From assembly GCF_009914755.1 (NCBI RefSeq), contig NC_060930.1: a stretch of DNA of 64,000 nt. The stretch is one strand, 5' to 3'. The stretch is from the human T2T-CHM13v2.0 reference genome, Homo sapiens. The notes under the pieces are model-generated. The model did not search any database. It worked only from the letters and a program-made list of their open reading frames with translations, and was not told the origin of the DNA. Position numbers and translations under genes: made by a program. Shown here piece by piece: positions 1 through 16,159 of this stretch (positions are counted from its first letter, which is position 1; each line of letters opens with the position of its first letter).

Positions 1-74
1 AACTTTTTAAAAGATTTAAAGAAATAAATCAAGAAATAAAATATTGTTTTTAATAAATACTTTTATAATGTTTA

Positions 75-265
75 TTTGTATCAGGTACTGTTCTACATGC
101 CTCACTTATATATTTACTCATCTAATCCTCAACAACTCTATAAAGTAGATGGTACTAATTTTATGAACAAGGAAATGAAAACTTAGAGAAATTAAGAAAG
201 TTCCCTAAATTTACACAGGTGCAAGTTGTAGTGCTAGAATTCAAATCCTTCAGAGTCTATCGTCC
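75..265 (-). mobile_element. MIR SINE remnant
   Basis: Reverse-strand MIR core: tctaatcctcaacaactctataaagtagatggtact...aaggaaatgaaaacttagaga...agtgctagaattcaaatcc. Confidence 0.75.
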
Positions 266-329
266 TAAGAAGTATGTGGTAAGCAAGTGTCAAAAATCTG
301 TCAACAATTAACTGACCTGTTTTAAAAAT

Positions 330-1230
330 AAAAAAATAGAACTACTAGACTAGAAATATAATTAAAAGTAAAATCTCAGTGGTCAAACTGTAGATTAAAC
401 AAAGTTGAAAAAAGAATTTGAACTAGAAGCCAAAGCTAAAATCATTAATCAGATTGTAATGGAGAAAGACAAGGTAATGAAACTGAAAGTTTATGACATG
501 AAAAAATATAATAAGATTTAATCATCTAGTGGTTATCTCAGGAGAGACTAAAGAAGTGAATAATCTATTAAAAGAGATAACAACTGGGATTTGTCCAGGA
601 CAGATAAGAGAAAAAAATGTCAAATTGTATGAAAACAAATAAAGATTCAATGGAAATGGGAAAAGGCTAGTAATTAAGCTAGGGCAAAGATTAGGGGTAA
701 TGATGGATTCATTATAGTCTTCCCTTTTATTTTATGTATGCTTAAGTTTTCTGATACATTTTTTACAAATAAAAAATAAACATTTAGACACATTATATCA
801 TCTTTGATCAAGTCAAAAGTAGCTTCTAACAGCACACAGAGGGAAAAAAATGATAAAATGAGCAATGATTAGATTGAGGGGAAATTTCTCCATAGCAAAA
901 CTGAAAGCCAAGACATGTGGTATAATACTTTCAAATTGTTAAGACAAAATAATGGTTAGCAAAGAATTATGCAACTGACACATTTTTATTAAATAGCTAT
1001 ATTTTTAAATGACATTTTTAGATAAGACCAAATGTGAAATCTCGTACCAAGAGACTCTCATTGAAAGAATTTAAACAATGTGAAACAGTGCACTTCAATC
1101 AATAAATAATTAAATAAATAAGTGGAGAGTAAAGAAAGCATGTGGATTAATTTATGCATTGACCGTTTAAAACAAAAGTAATAATGTTTACATTAGGAGA
1201 TAAAAATAGAGGTATAGAATGCTTCTGAAA
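330..1230 (+). mobile_element. Ancient L1M/HAL1-type ORF1 remnant
   Basis: A-rich degenerate sequence with L1 ORF1-like motifs (gaaagccaagacatgtggtataatactttcaaa, gtagattaaacaaagttgaaaaaagaatt). No intact frame. Confidence 0.45.
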
Positions 1231-1239
1231 ATAAATGAC

Positions 1240-2530
<1,291 letters not shown>

Positions 2531-2934
2531 ACTTGATGTCTAATATATGTTGTTTAGTATAAAGGAAAAATTGAAGAATGCTTACAGAAGGATACCTCCA
2601 AATTTTAAAGAGTTATTTATCCTCTAAACGGTGTCTAGAGAGAAGTGCAGAGGAAGGGGTAGAATTTAATTATACTTTCAACTTTAAACCCTTTATTGTT
2701 CGATTTTTTCTCTTCATGAACTGGTATTACTTCTATAAAAAATAATTAAAATTTAATGAATACAGAAAATTAGGTAGTGTTTATTACAGAAGAAATGTAA
2801 AACTACACAGTCATTACGAAAGAATATACCTTGCCTCATAATACCTATTCTCAGGGATAACATTTAACACATTTTATTTATTTCTTCCAGCTTTTTGCCA
2901 TGCATGTTCTTTTTAGCTGTGATTACACAACTAA

Positions 2935-3454
2935 TATGGGAGGCAGAATCCTAAGATGTCCCCCCATATCATTGCCCTCCGGTGTACATACCCTTTATAA
3001 TTCCCTTCTGTTAAGTTTGGACAGGTCCTGTGAATGTGGTAGGACAGCTGCTCCCTTGATAAGGTTATGTTATATAAACATGACTCCACCTTAGCACACT
3101 AAAGAGAGTTTCTCCTGCTAGCTTTAAAGAAGTAAGCTCCATGTTATATGACAAAGCCATATAGTTAGGACCTGAAAGTGGCCTTTAGGAATCCAGAGCA
3201 ACTTAAGGACAAAGAGACACTTTAGTCCTGCAGTTGCAGGGAATTGAATTCTGCCAACAACCAGTGAGCTTGGAAGAAAACCTCAAGCCTCAGATGGGAC
3301 TGAAGCCCTAGCCAACACATTGAGATTAGTCTGTTCAAACCATGAAAAGATAAAATGTACCCAGACTCTTAACTCTAACTCCTTACCCATAGAAACTGTT
3401 ATTTAAGCTGTTAAATTTGTGGTAATTTATTATGTAGCAATAGAAAACTAATAT
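2935..3454 (+). mobile_element. MaLR solo LTR, MLT1 family (MLT1E-like)
   Basis: Starts ggaggcagaatcctaagatg, contains gaattgaattctgccaacaaccagtgagcttggaag, ends tttgtggtaatttattatgtagcaatagaaaactaata. Confidence 0.8.
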
Positions 3455-3733
3455 ATATTCTATATAAAAAAGTACCATGAATTGATCATGTAATTATAAG
3501 CACGAAAGAAATGTAGAAATTTGCAAAAGTAGAAAAGTATAATAACCACTGAGAAGGTAACTGAATCCAGATAATCACATTTGATATTTTGTTGAGTTCA
3601 TAAGAATTATTTTTTCATCTATAAATACTTTATTATACATCCTTAAAAGGTAAATTATGTTTTTGAAAAATATATAACTACAATACCATTATTTCACCTT
3701 TAAGTATTCTGTGGCCTTCCAAAGTATACTCAC

Positions 3734-4780
3734 TGTGATGGTTAGTTTTAAGTGTTAACTTGGCTAGGCCCTAGTTCCAGTTATTCAAACACTAATCAAG
3801 GTATTGCTGTGAAAGTAATTTGTAGATGTATTTAACATCTATAATCAGTTAGCTTTAAGTAAAGGAGATAATCTGTAACAATCTGGGTGGGCCTCTTCCA
3901 ATCAGTTGAAATGCATTAAAAGCAAAACTAAGGTTTCTCTGAGGAAGAAAAAATTCTGCCTCAGGACTGCAGCCCTAGCTCTTGCTGGTGTTTCCAGCCA
4001 TAAATCTTGCCCTATAAAGTTCAGACTCTTCAATTCCCGCAATTGCATAAGTCAATTCCTTGAAATAAACAGTATGTGTATGTGTACACATGTGTAGAGT
4101 AGATTCTCATTACTTACAGGTTCTATGTTTGTGAATTTGCCTACTTACTAAAATTTATTTGTAAGCTCAAATTCAGTATTTGCAACACGTTTGTGGTCAT
4201 TCTCAAACGTGTAGAATGGCAAAAAGTTTGAGTCTCATGTACCCAACTAAAATAGAACAAGGTGATGCTCTGCCTTCTTTGTCCATCTCTCACACTGCAA
4301 ACAAGCATTCTTTGACAATTTATTTAGTTGCCACCATTTTCTTTACATTTTTGTGCATTTCATTGGTGATTTTGCTATTTAAAATGGCCTCCAAGTACAG
4401 TGGCAGTGTTGTCTAAAGAAGCTTGTGATGTACCTTACAGAAAAAATACATGCATTAGATTAGGTTCATTTGGGCATGAGTTACAGTGCTGCTGGCTGTG
4501 AGTTCAATGTTAATGAATCAGCATAGGTATTAAATAAGGTGCCTTTGAAGAGAAACACACATAAAACAAGAATGTATATTGACTGGTTGACAAAAATGTT
4601 GTGACCAGAGGCTTTCAGGAAACTACACTGTATTTTCCCTAGGAGCAATTGTTCATTATTCACTGATTCAATGTTCATAGAAACTTTATAGAACATAACT
4701 ACAGTGAATAACAAGAATCAACTGAGTGTGTGTGTGTGTGTAATCTTACTCATTCTGTTCCTCTGAGGAACCCCAACGCA
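3734..4780 (+). mobile_element. MLT2 (ERVL) solo LTR split by MER82
   Basis: Starts tgtgatggttagttttaagtgttaacttggct, contains ctgggtgggcctcttccaatcagttgaa. Its 3' end (cattctgttcctctgaggaaccc) resumes after MER82 and a (TG)n tract. Confidence 0.8.
4097..4724 (+). mobile_element. MER82 (TcMar-Tigger) non-autonomous DNA transposon
   Basis: Terminal inverted repeats gagtagattctcattact / gaataacaagaatcaactg. Internal gagttcaatgttaatgaatca and tgttgtgaccagaggct. About 630 bp. Confidence 0.8.
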
Positions 4781-4878
4781 CTCATCATCCACCTCCTGGA
4801 AGATTCTGAGCTCTTGATTGAAAATTATTACCAAGACTAAAACACTGAAACAAAGAGTATTCTGTACTCCCATTGAGT

Positions 4879-5081
4879 AAGAGTTGACAAACTACAGCCA
4901 GCATTTGTTTTTGTAAATAAAGTTTTAGTGGAACACAGACATGCACATTCATTTATATATTGCCTATTGCTGCTTGCATGTCCTAATGGCAGAGCTGAGT
5001 AGTTGTAAGAGTAGCTACATGGCTTCTAAAGGTGAAATATTTACTATTTGGCCCTTTATAGAGAAAGTTTGCTAACTACTG
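4879..5081 (+). mobile_element. MER58A-like hAT-Charlie DNA transposon
   Basis: gttgacaaactacagcc...tttgtaaataaagttttagtggaacacag...aaatatttactatttggccctttatagagaaagtttgc. Confidence 0.8.
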
Positions 5082-5679
5082 CATTAGAATATTGAATCAT
5101 ACAAAAAGATGATAAATGTATATACTGAAGTTGATAACAAATATATCTGCCATGAGATGGTTTATCAATCTTTCAATTAAAAAAGTTAATTCAATGGGTT
5201 TTTTTAATTTTTGAAGCTATATAAAAATCTTACTAAAATTCTATGGCAGTGGAAGTGGCCACGGAGGTGCACTATGTAGTTCAAATTTTCTAATACTTCT
5301 AGAAATTTCCCACTGGGATTAGTTGCTTAGCCATAGCTATCAAGTACAGTAATAGAATAACCGCACTATTATTTTGAATGTTCAACAATGAGGATACAAG
5401 ATTTTCTCTGAACTGTGCAATGAAGAATATGTCTTCAGGAACACATTTTCTGGTACTGAGAAATAAATAGACACAAATATATAATAGCTAAAAGAGGTAT
5501 ACAAAAGATAGTTTCAACTTCCAACTTGCAGACACCAAAAACCTTGTAATACCACTTTATTCTGGATTTAGCTTCTCTAATTAAGGTTAACTACTATAAT
5601 TAGAAAGCCATCAGAATCTTTGTCACTTAACATAATTAAGGTTTACTATTCTCTATTGCAAAGCTTTGTGTGGTTTAGG

Positions 5680-5910
5680 CAGCCCTCTTCCATCTTTAGC
5701 TCTGCCATTTGGAACAATTGGTCTCATGATCATAACAGTGGGGGAAAAAGAGGCAAAGGGAGCATGCTGGCTGTTAAATTTCCCCTCCCAGAAGTGACAC
5801 ATGTCACTGCAATCTGCAGTCCACTGATGAAAACTAACTGCAGTAGAGGAAGAAAAATGAAGCAGGGGAACTTAAGGAACAGTCACTGCAAACAAATCAT
5901 CTCTACCACA
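5680..5910 (-). mobile_element. Old MLT1 (J/K/L-like) LTR fragment
   Basis: cccagaagtgacacatgtcact motif and terminus tctctaccaca (reverse complement of tgtggtagaga). Confidence 0.5.
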
Positions 5911-6067
5911 GGAACCAAACCAAGTAAGGCCTTTGTAAAGTATTCTTCATCATTTTTACTCAGCCCTTGGACAACTTCAGTCTGCCAACAGCAAAATTAT
6001 GCAATATGGATCCAAGGCAATTCACTATGTTGGTCCTTTCATATCTGTGATTGATTTTTTCTTCTTT

Positions 6068-7123
6068 TAATGAATTCAACAAACATTTATAAGTGAATAA
6101 AACAAAAAACGATCGGTAAACACAATGCTCATATTCTTGTGGAAGAAGAGAAGAAAGAAATATAGGAAAATGATGCAGTGTGCTAAACATGACAACTACT
6201 ATGGAAAAAATAAAAAGTAGAGAAAAATAAAGTCAGAGTGTTGGGGCTGCAGGTTAGACACTGTATTAATTTCCTATCACTTCTGTAATAAACTACCACA
6301 AACTTAGTGGCTTAAAACAACACAAACTTGCTATCTTATACTTTGTAAGCCAGAAGTCCAAATCTTTTTCACTGGTGTAAAATCAAGGTGCAGGCAGGGC
6401 TATGTTCCTTCTGGAGGCTCAAACAGAGAATTTGCTTCCTTTTCCAGATTCTAGGGACTGCCTGCATTCTTTGGCTCATGGTGGCATCACTCCTACATCG
6501 GTCCCCATGGTCACATCTCTCAGTCTGACCCTCCCACCTCCCTCTTATGAGAATAATTGAAATTATTTTGGGCCCACCTGAATGATTCAGGATAATTTCT
6601 CCATCTCCAGACCCATAACTTAATCACATCTGCACAAAGTCCCTTTTGAAATGTAAGATAACATATTCACCAGTTCTGGGGATTAGAATACGGAAATCTT
6701 TGGGGGGAAGTCATTCTTTAGCCTACCACACACATTAAATAAACTGGTCAGAATAAGCCTCATTGAGGAAGGGATAATTGTACCAAAATTTGAAGGAGAA
6801 AATAGAGTTAGTCAAGTGGATCTTTAGGTAGAGGGGCAGCTCTGAGCAATAGGAGCACATTTGTATTAGAAATGTAAAGACACCCATGTGGTTGAAGTGG
6901 AATGAATGAGTTTGAGAGGTGTAGGTCATGACATCAGAAAAATAATTAAGGGCAATTTTGAGTAGTGCCTTGTAACTTTTATAAGGACTTTGGTTTTCTC
7001 TTTGAAATTGGGAGCCATTAGATAGTTTTGATTATAGGAGTACATGATATTATTCTGGCTGCTGAATTAAGATTAGAGTGCAATGAGACACAGCAGATAG
7101 AAGCAGGGAGACCTGTTGGAAGA
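6068..7123 (-). mobile_element. L2 3' remnant, interrupted by an MLT1 LTR at 6262-6730
   Basis: attcaacaaacattt tail, ggtcagaataagcctcattgagg, ggactttggttttctctttgaaattgggagccatt, gaagcagggagacctgtt. Confidence 0.7.
6262..6730 (-). mobile_element. MaLR solo LTR, MLT1C/D
   Basis: tgtattaatttcctat...taccacaaacttagtggcttaaaacaac...taacttaatcacatctgca...gcctaccaca. Confidence 0.85.
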
Positions 7124-7195
7124 TGTCAAAACAAAAACTGCACCAGATAAAGTTAAGCAGGCAAGGGAGACTTCATTCAATACTACTGAAGTAGA
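7124..7195 (-). mobile_element. 3'-terminal fragment of an ERV1 LTR (MER31-like)
   Basis: Reverse complement reads ...gtctcccttgcctgcttaactttatctggtgcagtttttgttttgaca, like the MER31 U5 end with terminal CA. Confidence 0.5.
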
Positions 7196-7912
7196 GCTTC
7201 TTTGGAGAAATGTTTTCTCAATCCTTTGCCAGTTTTTCAATTAAGTTATTTGGGTTTTTTGTTTGTTTGTTTGCTTTGCTACTAAGTTGCAGGAGTTCTT
7301 TACATATTTTGGATATTAACCTTTAATCAGATATATAGTCTGTAAGTGTTTTCTCCCATTTCATAACTTGTTTTTTTATTTTATTATTTATTTTCTTTTC
7401 CTGAGCAAAAGCTTTTTAGTTTGACCTACTCTTGCTTGTCTACTTTTGCTTTCTTTCCCTGTGCTTTTGGTGTAATTTCTAAGACATACAATAGCCAACA
7501 GTATATGAAAAAGTGCTCAGTGTTACTAATCGTTAGAGAAATGCAAATTAAAACCACAATAAGGTATCATCTCACACCTGTTAGGATGGCTGTTATCAAA
7601 AAGAAAAAAAAAAGGACAACAAGTGTTGGCAAGGATGTAGAAAAGAAAACGTGTACAATGTTGGTGGAAATGTAAATTGGTGCACAGCTATCAGCTATGG
7701 AAAACAATATGGAGGTTCCTCAAAAAATTAAAAACAGAATTATTATTTGATCCAGCAATCCCACTTCTGCATATATATCCAAAGGAATTGCAATCAGGAG
7801 TTTGAAGACATATCTGCACTCCTGTGTTCATTGCATGATTATTAACAAAAGCCAAGATGTGGAAATAACCTAAATGTTCACTGATAAATGAGTTGATAAA
7901 GAAAATGTAGGT
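7196..7912 (+). mobile_element. 5'-inverted (twin-primed) L1MA/MB fragment
   Basis: 7196-7480 is antisense ORF2 ending at ...catttctccaaagaag. 7481-7912 is sense and resumes at aagacatacaa ([17 protein letters not shown]). Confidence 0.8.
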
Positions 7913-8291
7913 GAGGGGAGCGGCATGAAGAGGAGATACCACCACCACTGCCATCGACATACTCTTGTCCTATGGGCCACACCTGGGCCTTGCTGACAGG
8001 AAGCTTCAGTCCCACAGCTCCACTTGCTGTGGTCTCAGGTTTCTTTGCCTCCAGAAAGAAAAAAATTGATCCCCTGGATTCTGGAAGTTCTTTTAAGGTC
8101 TAAAATTAGGCGCTTATTTCAAATTTGAACATGGCTAATCGAGGAGCAAAAAGACTCAACGGGCCAAATACTGGAAATAAAATATGCCAGTTCAAACTAA
8201 TACTTCTGGGAGACTCTGCTATTGGAAAATCAAGCCAGTCTTCATTTTGTAAAAGGCCAATTTCATGAATTTAAAGAGAGTACCATTGGTG
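7913..8291 (+). pseudogene. RAB5A: Truncated processed pseudogene of RAB5A (5' UTR plus about 54 codons)
   Basis: ATG at 8131 gives [35 protein letters not shown], then a frameshift, then [17 protein letters not shown]. This matches the RAB5A N-terminus and P-loop. The RAB5A-like 5' UTR (ttatttcaaatttgaacATG) is continuous with a GC-richer exon-1-like segment. The symbol names the parent gene. Confidence 0.92.
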
Positions 8292-11403
<3,112 letters not shown>

Positions 11404-11735
11404 ATTATTTCTCCTGAAACATCAGATTTTTTTCAACTTGGTTATTCAGGTATTTAGTTAATATAGAAGACATTTATGTAAATTTTATGTTTACTCTATT
11501 GATTACTTCTTTGAAAATAGAGAAAATCACCTTCAGTATCACCTCTCTATTCTATCTGTCTCCCATTATTTTGTGTTTGTTTTATTCTCCTTCTTTGGGG
11601 GATCCTCTCAAGTTTATCCTTCAAGTAAATAATTAACGTAATGTAATGTAATTATTTCCACATTGTTGTTTCTGATTTTTATTATTCCACTGCTATTGCA
11701 TTTTAAGTTCCTTTAAATATTTCTCTCATTTCATC

Positions 11736-14140
11736 TGTAGCAGATAATGCAACTCCATTTTGAATGCTATTCAGCCATATTGACTTCTGATTAACCCCTA
11801 TTTTGGGAATATCTCTAAGATTTCTCTTTTATTATCCTGTGAAAACTGACATTGTTAGTTTAATAGGAATAGTGTTGAATCTGTAGATTGCTTTGGGCAG
11901 TGTGGCCATTTGAACAATACTGACTCTTTTGATCCATGAGCAAGAAAAGTTTTTCCATTTGTTTGTGTCTTCTATTATTTTTTTCAGCATTGTTTTGTAG
12001 ATCTCCTTGTAGAGATTTTTCAACTCCTTGGTTAGATGTGTTCCTGGGATTTTTATTCTTTTCTTCCACATTCAATTTTTGTACATTGATTTTGTATCAT
12101 GAAACTTCATCATTTTTCAGTTCCAGGAGGCTTTTGGCAGAGCTTTTAGGGTTTTCTAGGTATAGCTTCATATTGTAAGCAAATAGGGGTAATTTGACTT
12201 TTGCTTTTCCTATTTGGATACCTTTTCTTTCTTTATCTTGCCTGATTGTTCTGGCTAGGACTTCAAATCAGAAAAGACTTTTCTAAAATTCCTATGGAAC
12301 CAAAAAAGAGCCCAGATAGCTAAAGGAATCCTAAGCAAAAAGAATAAAGTCAGAGGCATCACATTATCTGGATTCAAATTATACTATAAGGCAACACAAA
12401 GCAAAATAGCATGGTACTAGTACAAAAACAGATACATAGAACAATGGAACAGAAAAGAGAACCCAGAAATAAAGTTGCAGACCTATAGCTATTTGATCTT
12501 TTCACAAAGCCGACATAAATAAGCAATGGGGAAAGAATTCCCTATTCAATAAATGGCACTGGGATAGCTGGCTAACCATATGCAGAAGAATGAAACTGGA
12601 CCTCTACCTTTCACCATACAGAAAAATTAACTCAAGCTGGGTTAAAGATTTAAATGTAAGACCTCAAACTATAAGAATCCTAGAAAAAAAAAAACCCAGA
12701 AAATACCATTCTGGATATCGGCCTTGGGAGAAATAACTTATGACTAAGTTCTCAAAAGCAATTGCAACAAAAACACAAATTGACACATACAGCCTAATTA
12801 AATTAAAGAGCTTCTGCACAGCAAAAGACACTATCAACAAAGTAAGTAGATAAACTACAATTTGAGAGAAGATATTTGCAAACTATGCATCTGACAAACG
12901 TCTAACATCTAGAAACAATAAGAAATTTAAATAAACAGGCAATAAACAATCTCATTAAAAATGGACAAAAGACATAAACAGACACCTCAAAAGAAGACAT
13001 ATATGCAGCCAAAAAACATATGAAAAAATACTTCAACATGATTAATGATCAAAAATATGCAAATCAAAACCACAATGAGACACCATCTCATAACAGTAAG
13101 GATGGTTATTATAAAAAATTCAAAAACTAACATGCTGGTGAGGCTGTGAAGAAGAGAACACTTGCACACTGTTGATGGAGATGGAAATTAGTTCAGCCAC
13201 TGTGGAAAGCAGTCTGGAGATTTCTCAAAGAACTTAAAACAGAACTACCCTTTTATCCAGCAATCCCATTACTGTGTATATATCCAAAAGAAAAATAAAT
13301 CATTCTACCAAAATGCACATGGACTCATATATTCATTGCAGCACTATAGACAACAGCAAAGATATCAAATCAACCTAGGTGCCCAGCCATGGTGTGCTGG
13401 ATTAAGAAACCACAGTACATATACACCATGGAATACTACATAGTCATAAAAAAATGAAGTCATGTTGCTGCACCAATATGAAAGAAGCTGCAGGCCATTG
13501 TCCTAAGTGAATTAACACAGGAACAGAAAACTAAATACCACATGTTTTCACTTATAAGTGGGAGCTAAACATTGGGTATCATAAACATGAAGATGGGAAA
13601 AATAGACACTGGAAACTACTAGAAGGGAGAAGGAGGGTGGTGGGCAAGTATTGAAAACTAACTATTGAGTATTATGCTCAGTACCTGGGTAATGGGATCA
13701 TGGATACCCAAACCTCAGTATCGTGCAGTATGCTCATGTAAGAAACCTGCACATGTACCCCCTGAATCTGAAATAAAAATTGGAAAAACAGGATTTCTAC
13801 TTTATCTACTACTATCATAAATTTTGCCCTTATGTCAAAACAATCTTTGCCATAAATCCTTCCATTATGCAGATTCATACAGCATGATTGTCTTTCCCTG
13901 AGAGATCGACTTCAATTCTCCTACACATTTCTTCTCTGCAGTATATAAGCCCTGGGTCTGAGAATAAGCGTGTGGAGATCCACCATCTTGTCTTGCCACA
14001 GCACAAGGGGTGGCTTCCGTTTGTAGGTCACCATTATATGTTTCTTTCTGAGAAACTGGGTTTGTCAGTCCCTTTATTCAGCCTCTCAGCATCCTCGACC
14101 TTTAGGGGCATGTTTGCAAGGATCTGCTCATTGTGAATTA
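11736..14140 (+). mobile_element. ERV1 solo LTR (MER67-like), split by an L1 at 11838-13788
   Basis: Left part tgtagcag...ctccattttgaatgcta...gacttctgattaacccc. Right part has a TATA (tatataagccctgggtctg) and tgtttctttctgagaaactgg. Family name is tentative. Confidence 0.6.
11838..13788 (+). mobile_element. 5'-inverted (twin-primed) L1PA15/16
   Basis: 11838-12265 is antisense RT region, 12266-13788 is sense through the 3' UTR (aacctgcacatgtaccccctgaatctgaaataaaa). Degenerate TSD aagatttctctttt / aggatttctacttt. Confidence 0.85.
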
Positions 14141-16159
14141 TTTTCAGTCAACCCCTTCTTCTAATCCTCTGTATTTCTTTTTCAACATGTTTCTCCTGTT
14201 TCATAGAAAACATTCTTCTTTCACCCTATAGAGAATGGCAAACAGTTTTCATCAAAGTTGCTTTGGATTCTGGAATAAATCCATTGCTAAGATTCATCCT
14301 ACTCCTGCCTCTTCAAGATAATGTTCCATTTCCCTAAATTTAAAGTACTTTTTCTAGACTCTCCTTGTTGGTTACATTCTCTTTACTCCTTATGAGGGGA
14401 AAAAGCTCTCACACTTGGTATTTTTCAAACTTATAATCTTGGCTTAATTTATGTCCATGCAGTACACAGTCCTTGTCCAAACCCCTTCTTAAATCTAAAG
14501 CTAAATAGCAGGATGCTGTTCTCACCTGTTAGTCCAACCCCCAATGTCTAGTAGATTTTCTGCCAATATGATTTTTGCTACACTGTGATAGGTTCTTTCC
14601 TAATCCTAGTGTTTTGCTCTCTGACGTGCTAGAAAGATGTATCTAAGGATCGATAATGCACCACACCTGTCCCTACCCATCACATAGCACTCTGCTTATG
14701 AGAACTTCACAAACTAAGATGCAGTGCTCCATGCTCAGGTCATGTTCTTCAAGAGACATTATGAGACATTGGAAAAGACTTATCAGGATCAGCTGGCCAC
14801 ACTGGAACCAATAATCCTATGCCTAATGTTTAACTTGGGAAAAATTTTTAGACCAGTGTGAGGTTGTTTCCATTTCCAATTGCTGTTTCTTCTTAGGTTC
14901 TTTTCTCTCTGGCTCTTGTCCACCTGGATCATATTCTATGCCAGAGGCTTTAATTCCTATGTGAAAAGTCTCTTACCTTTTTTTATGATCATCAATGATT
15001 CTGTCACAAATATTGCCAGAACTGAGTTTGAAAATATTTTATGTCTCTCTTCATCATTTATCACTTATCATCCTGAATTGTAGGCTTTTGAGAAGAAGAA
15101 TAAAACAAGATATGTGTTTAAAAACATTAATCTGGAGGAAGCGCCAAGATGTCTGAATAGGAACAGCTCCAGTCTACAGCTCCCAGTGTGAGCGACGCAG
15201 AAGATGGGTGATTTCTGCATTTCAATCTGAGGTACCAGGCTCATCTCACTAGGCAGTGCCAGACAGTGGGCACAAGACAGTGGGTGCAGCGCATCCTGCA
15301 CAAGCCAAAGCAGGGCAAGGCATTGCCTCACTCAGGAAGTGCAAGGGGTCAGGGAGTTCCCTTTCCTAGTCAAAGAAAGGGGTGACAGACAGCACCTGGA
15401 AAATCGGGTCACTCCCACCCTAATACTGTGCTTTTCCGACAGGCTTAAAAAACGGTGCACCAGGAGATTATATCCCGTACCTGGCTCAGAGGGTCCAACA
15501 CCCACGAAGTCTCACTGATTGCAAGCACAGCAGTCTGAGATCAAACTGCAAGGCGGCAGTGAGGCTGAGGGAGGGGCGCCTGCCATTGCCCAGGCTTGCT
15601 TAGGTAAACAAAGCAGCCAACTGGGTGGAGCCCACCACAGCTCAAGGAGGCCTGCCTGCCTCTGTAGGCTCCACCTCTGGGGGCAGGGCACAGAAAAACA
15701 AAAAGACAGCAGTAACCTCTGCAGAATTAAATGTCCCTGTCTGACAGCTTTGAAGAGAGCAGTGGTTCTCCCAGCATGCAGCTGGAGATCTGAGAACGGG
15801 CAGACTGCCTCCTCAAGTGAGTCCCTGACCCCTGACCCCCAAGCAGCCTAACTGGGAGGCACCCCCCAGTAGGGGCAGACTGACACCTCACAAGCCTGGG
15901 TACTCCTCTGAGACAAAACTTTCAGAGGAATGATCAGACAGCAGCATTCGCGGATCATGAAAATCTGCTGTTCTGCAGCCACCACTGTTGTTACCCAGGC
16001 AAACAGGGTCTGGAATGGACCTCTAGCAAACTCCAACAGACCTGCAGCTGAGGGTCCTGTCTGTTAGAAAGAAAAGTAACAAACAGAAAGGGCATCCACA
16101 GCAAAAACCCATCTGTACATCACCAACATCAAAGACCAAAAGTAGATAAAACCACAAAG

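Noticed and set aside
5620-6054. 144-aa ORF in non-satellite DNA
   Set aside because: It has a non-ATG start, overlaps an MLT1 fragment and has no recognisable domain.
15512-15586. L1 antisense ORF0
   Set aside because: The start ATG is present (MAGAPPSASLPPCSLISDCCACNQ) but a TGA stop follows after 24 codons.
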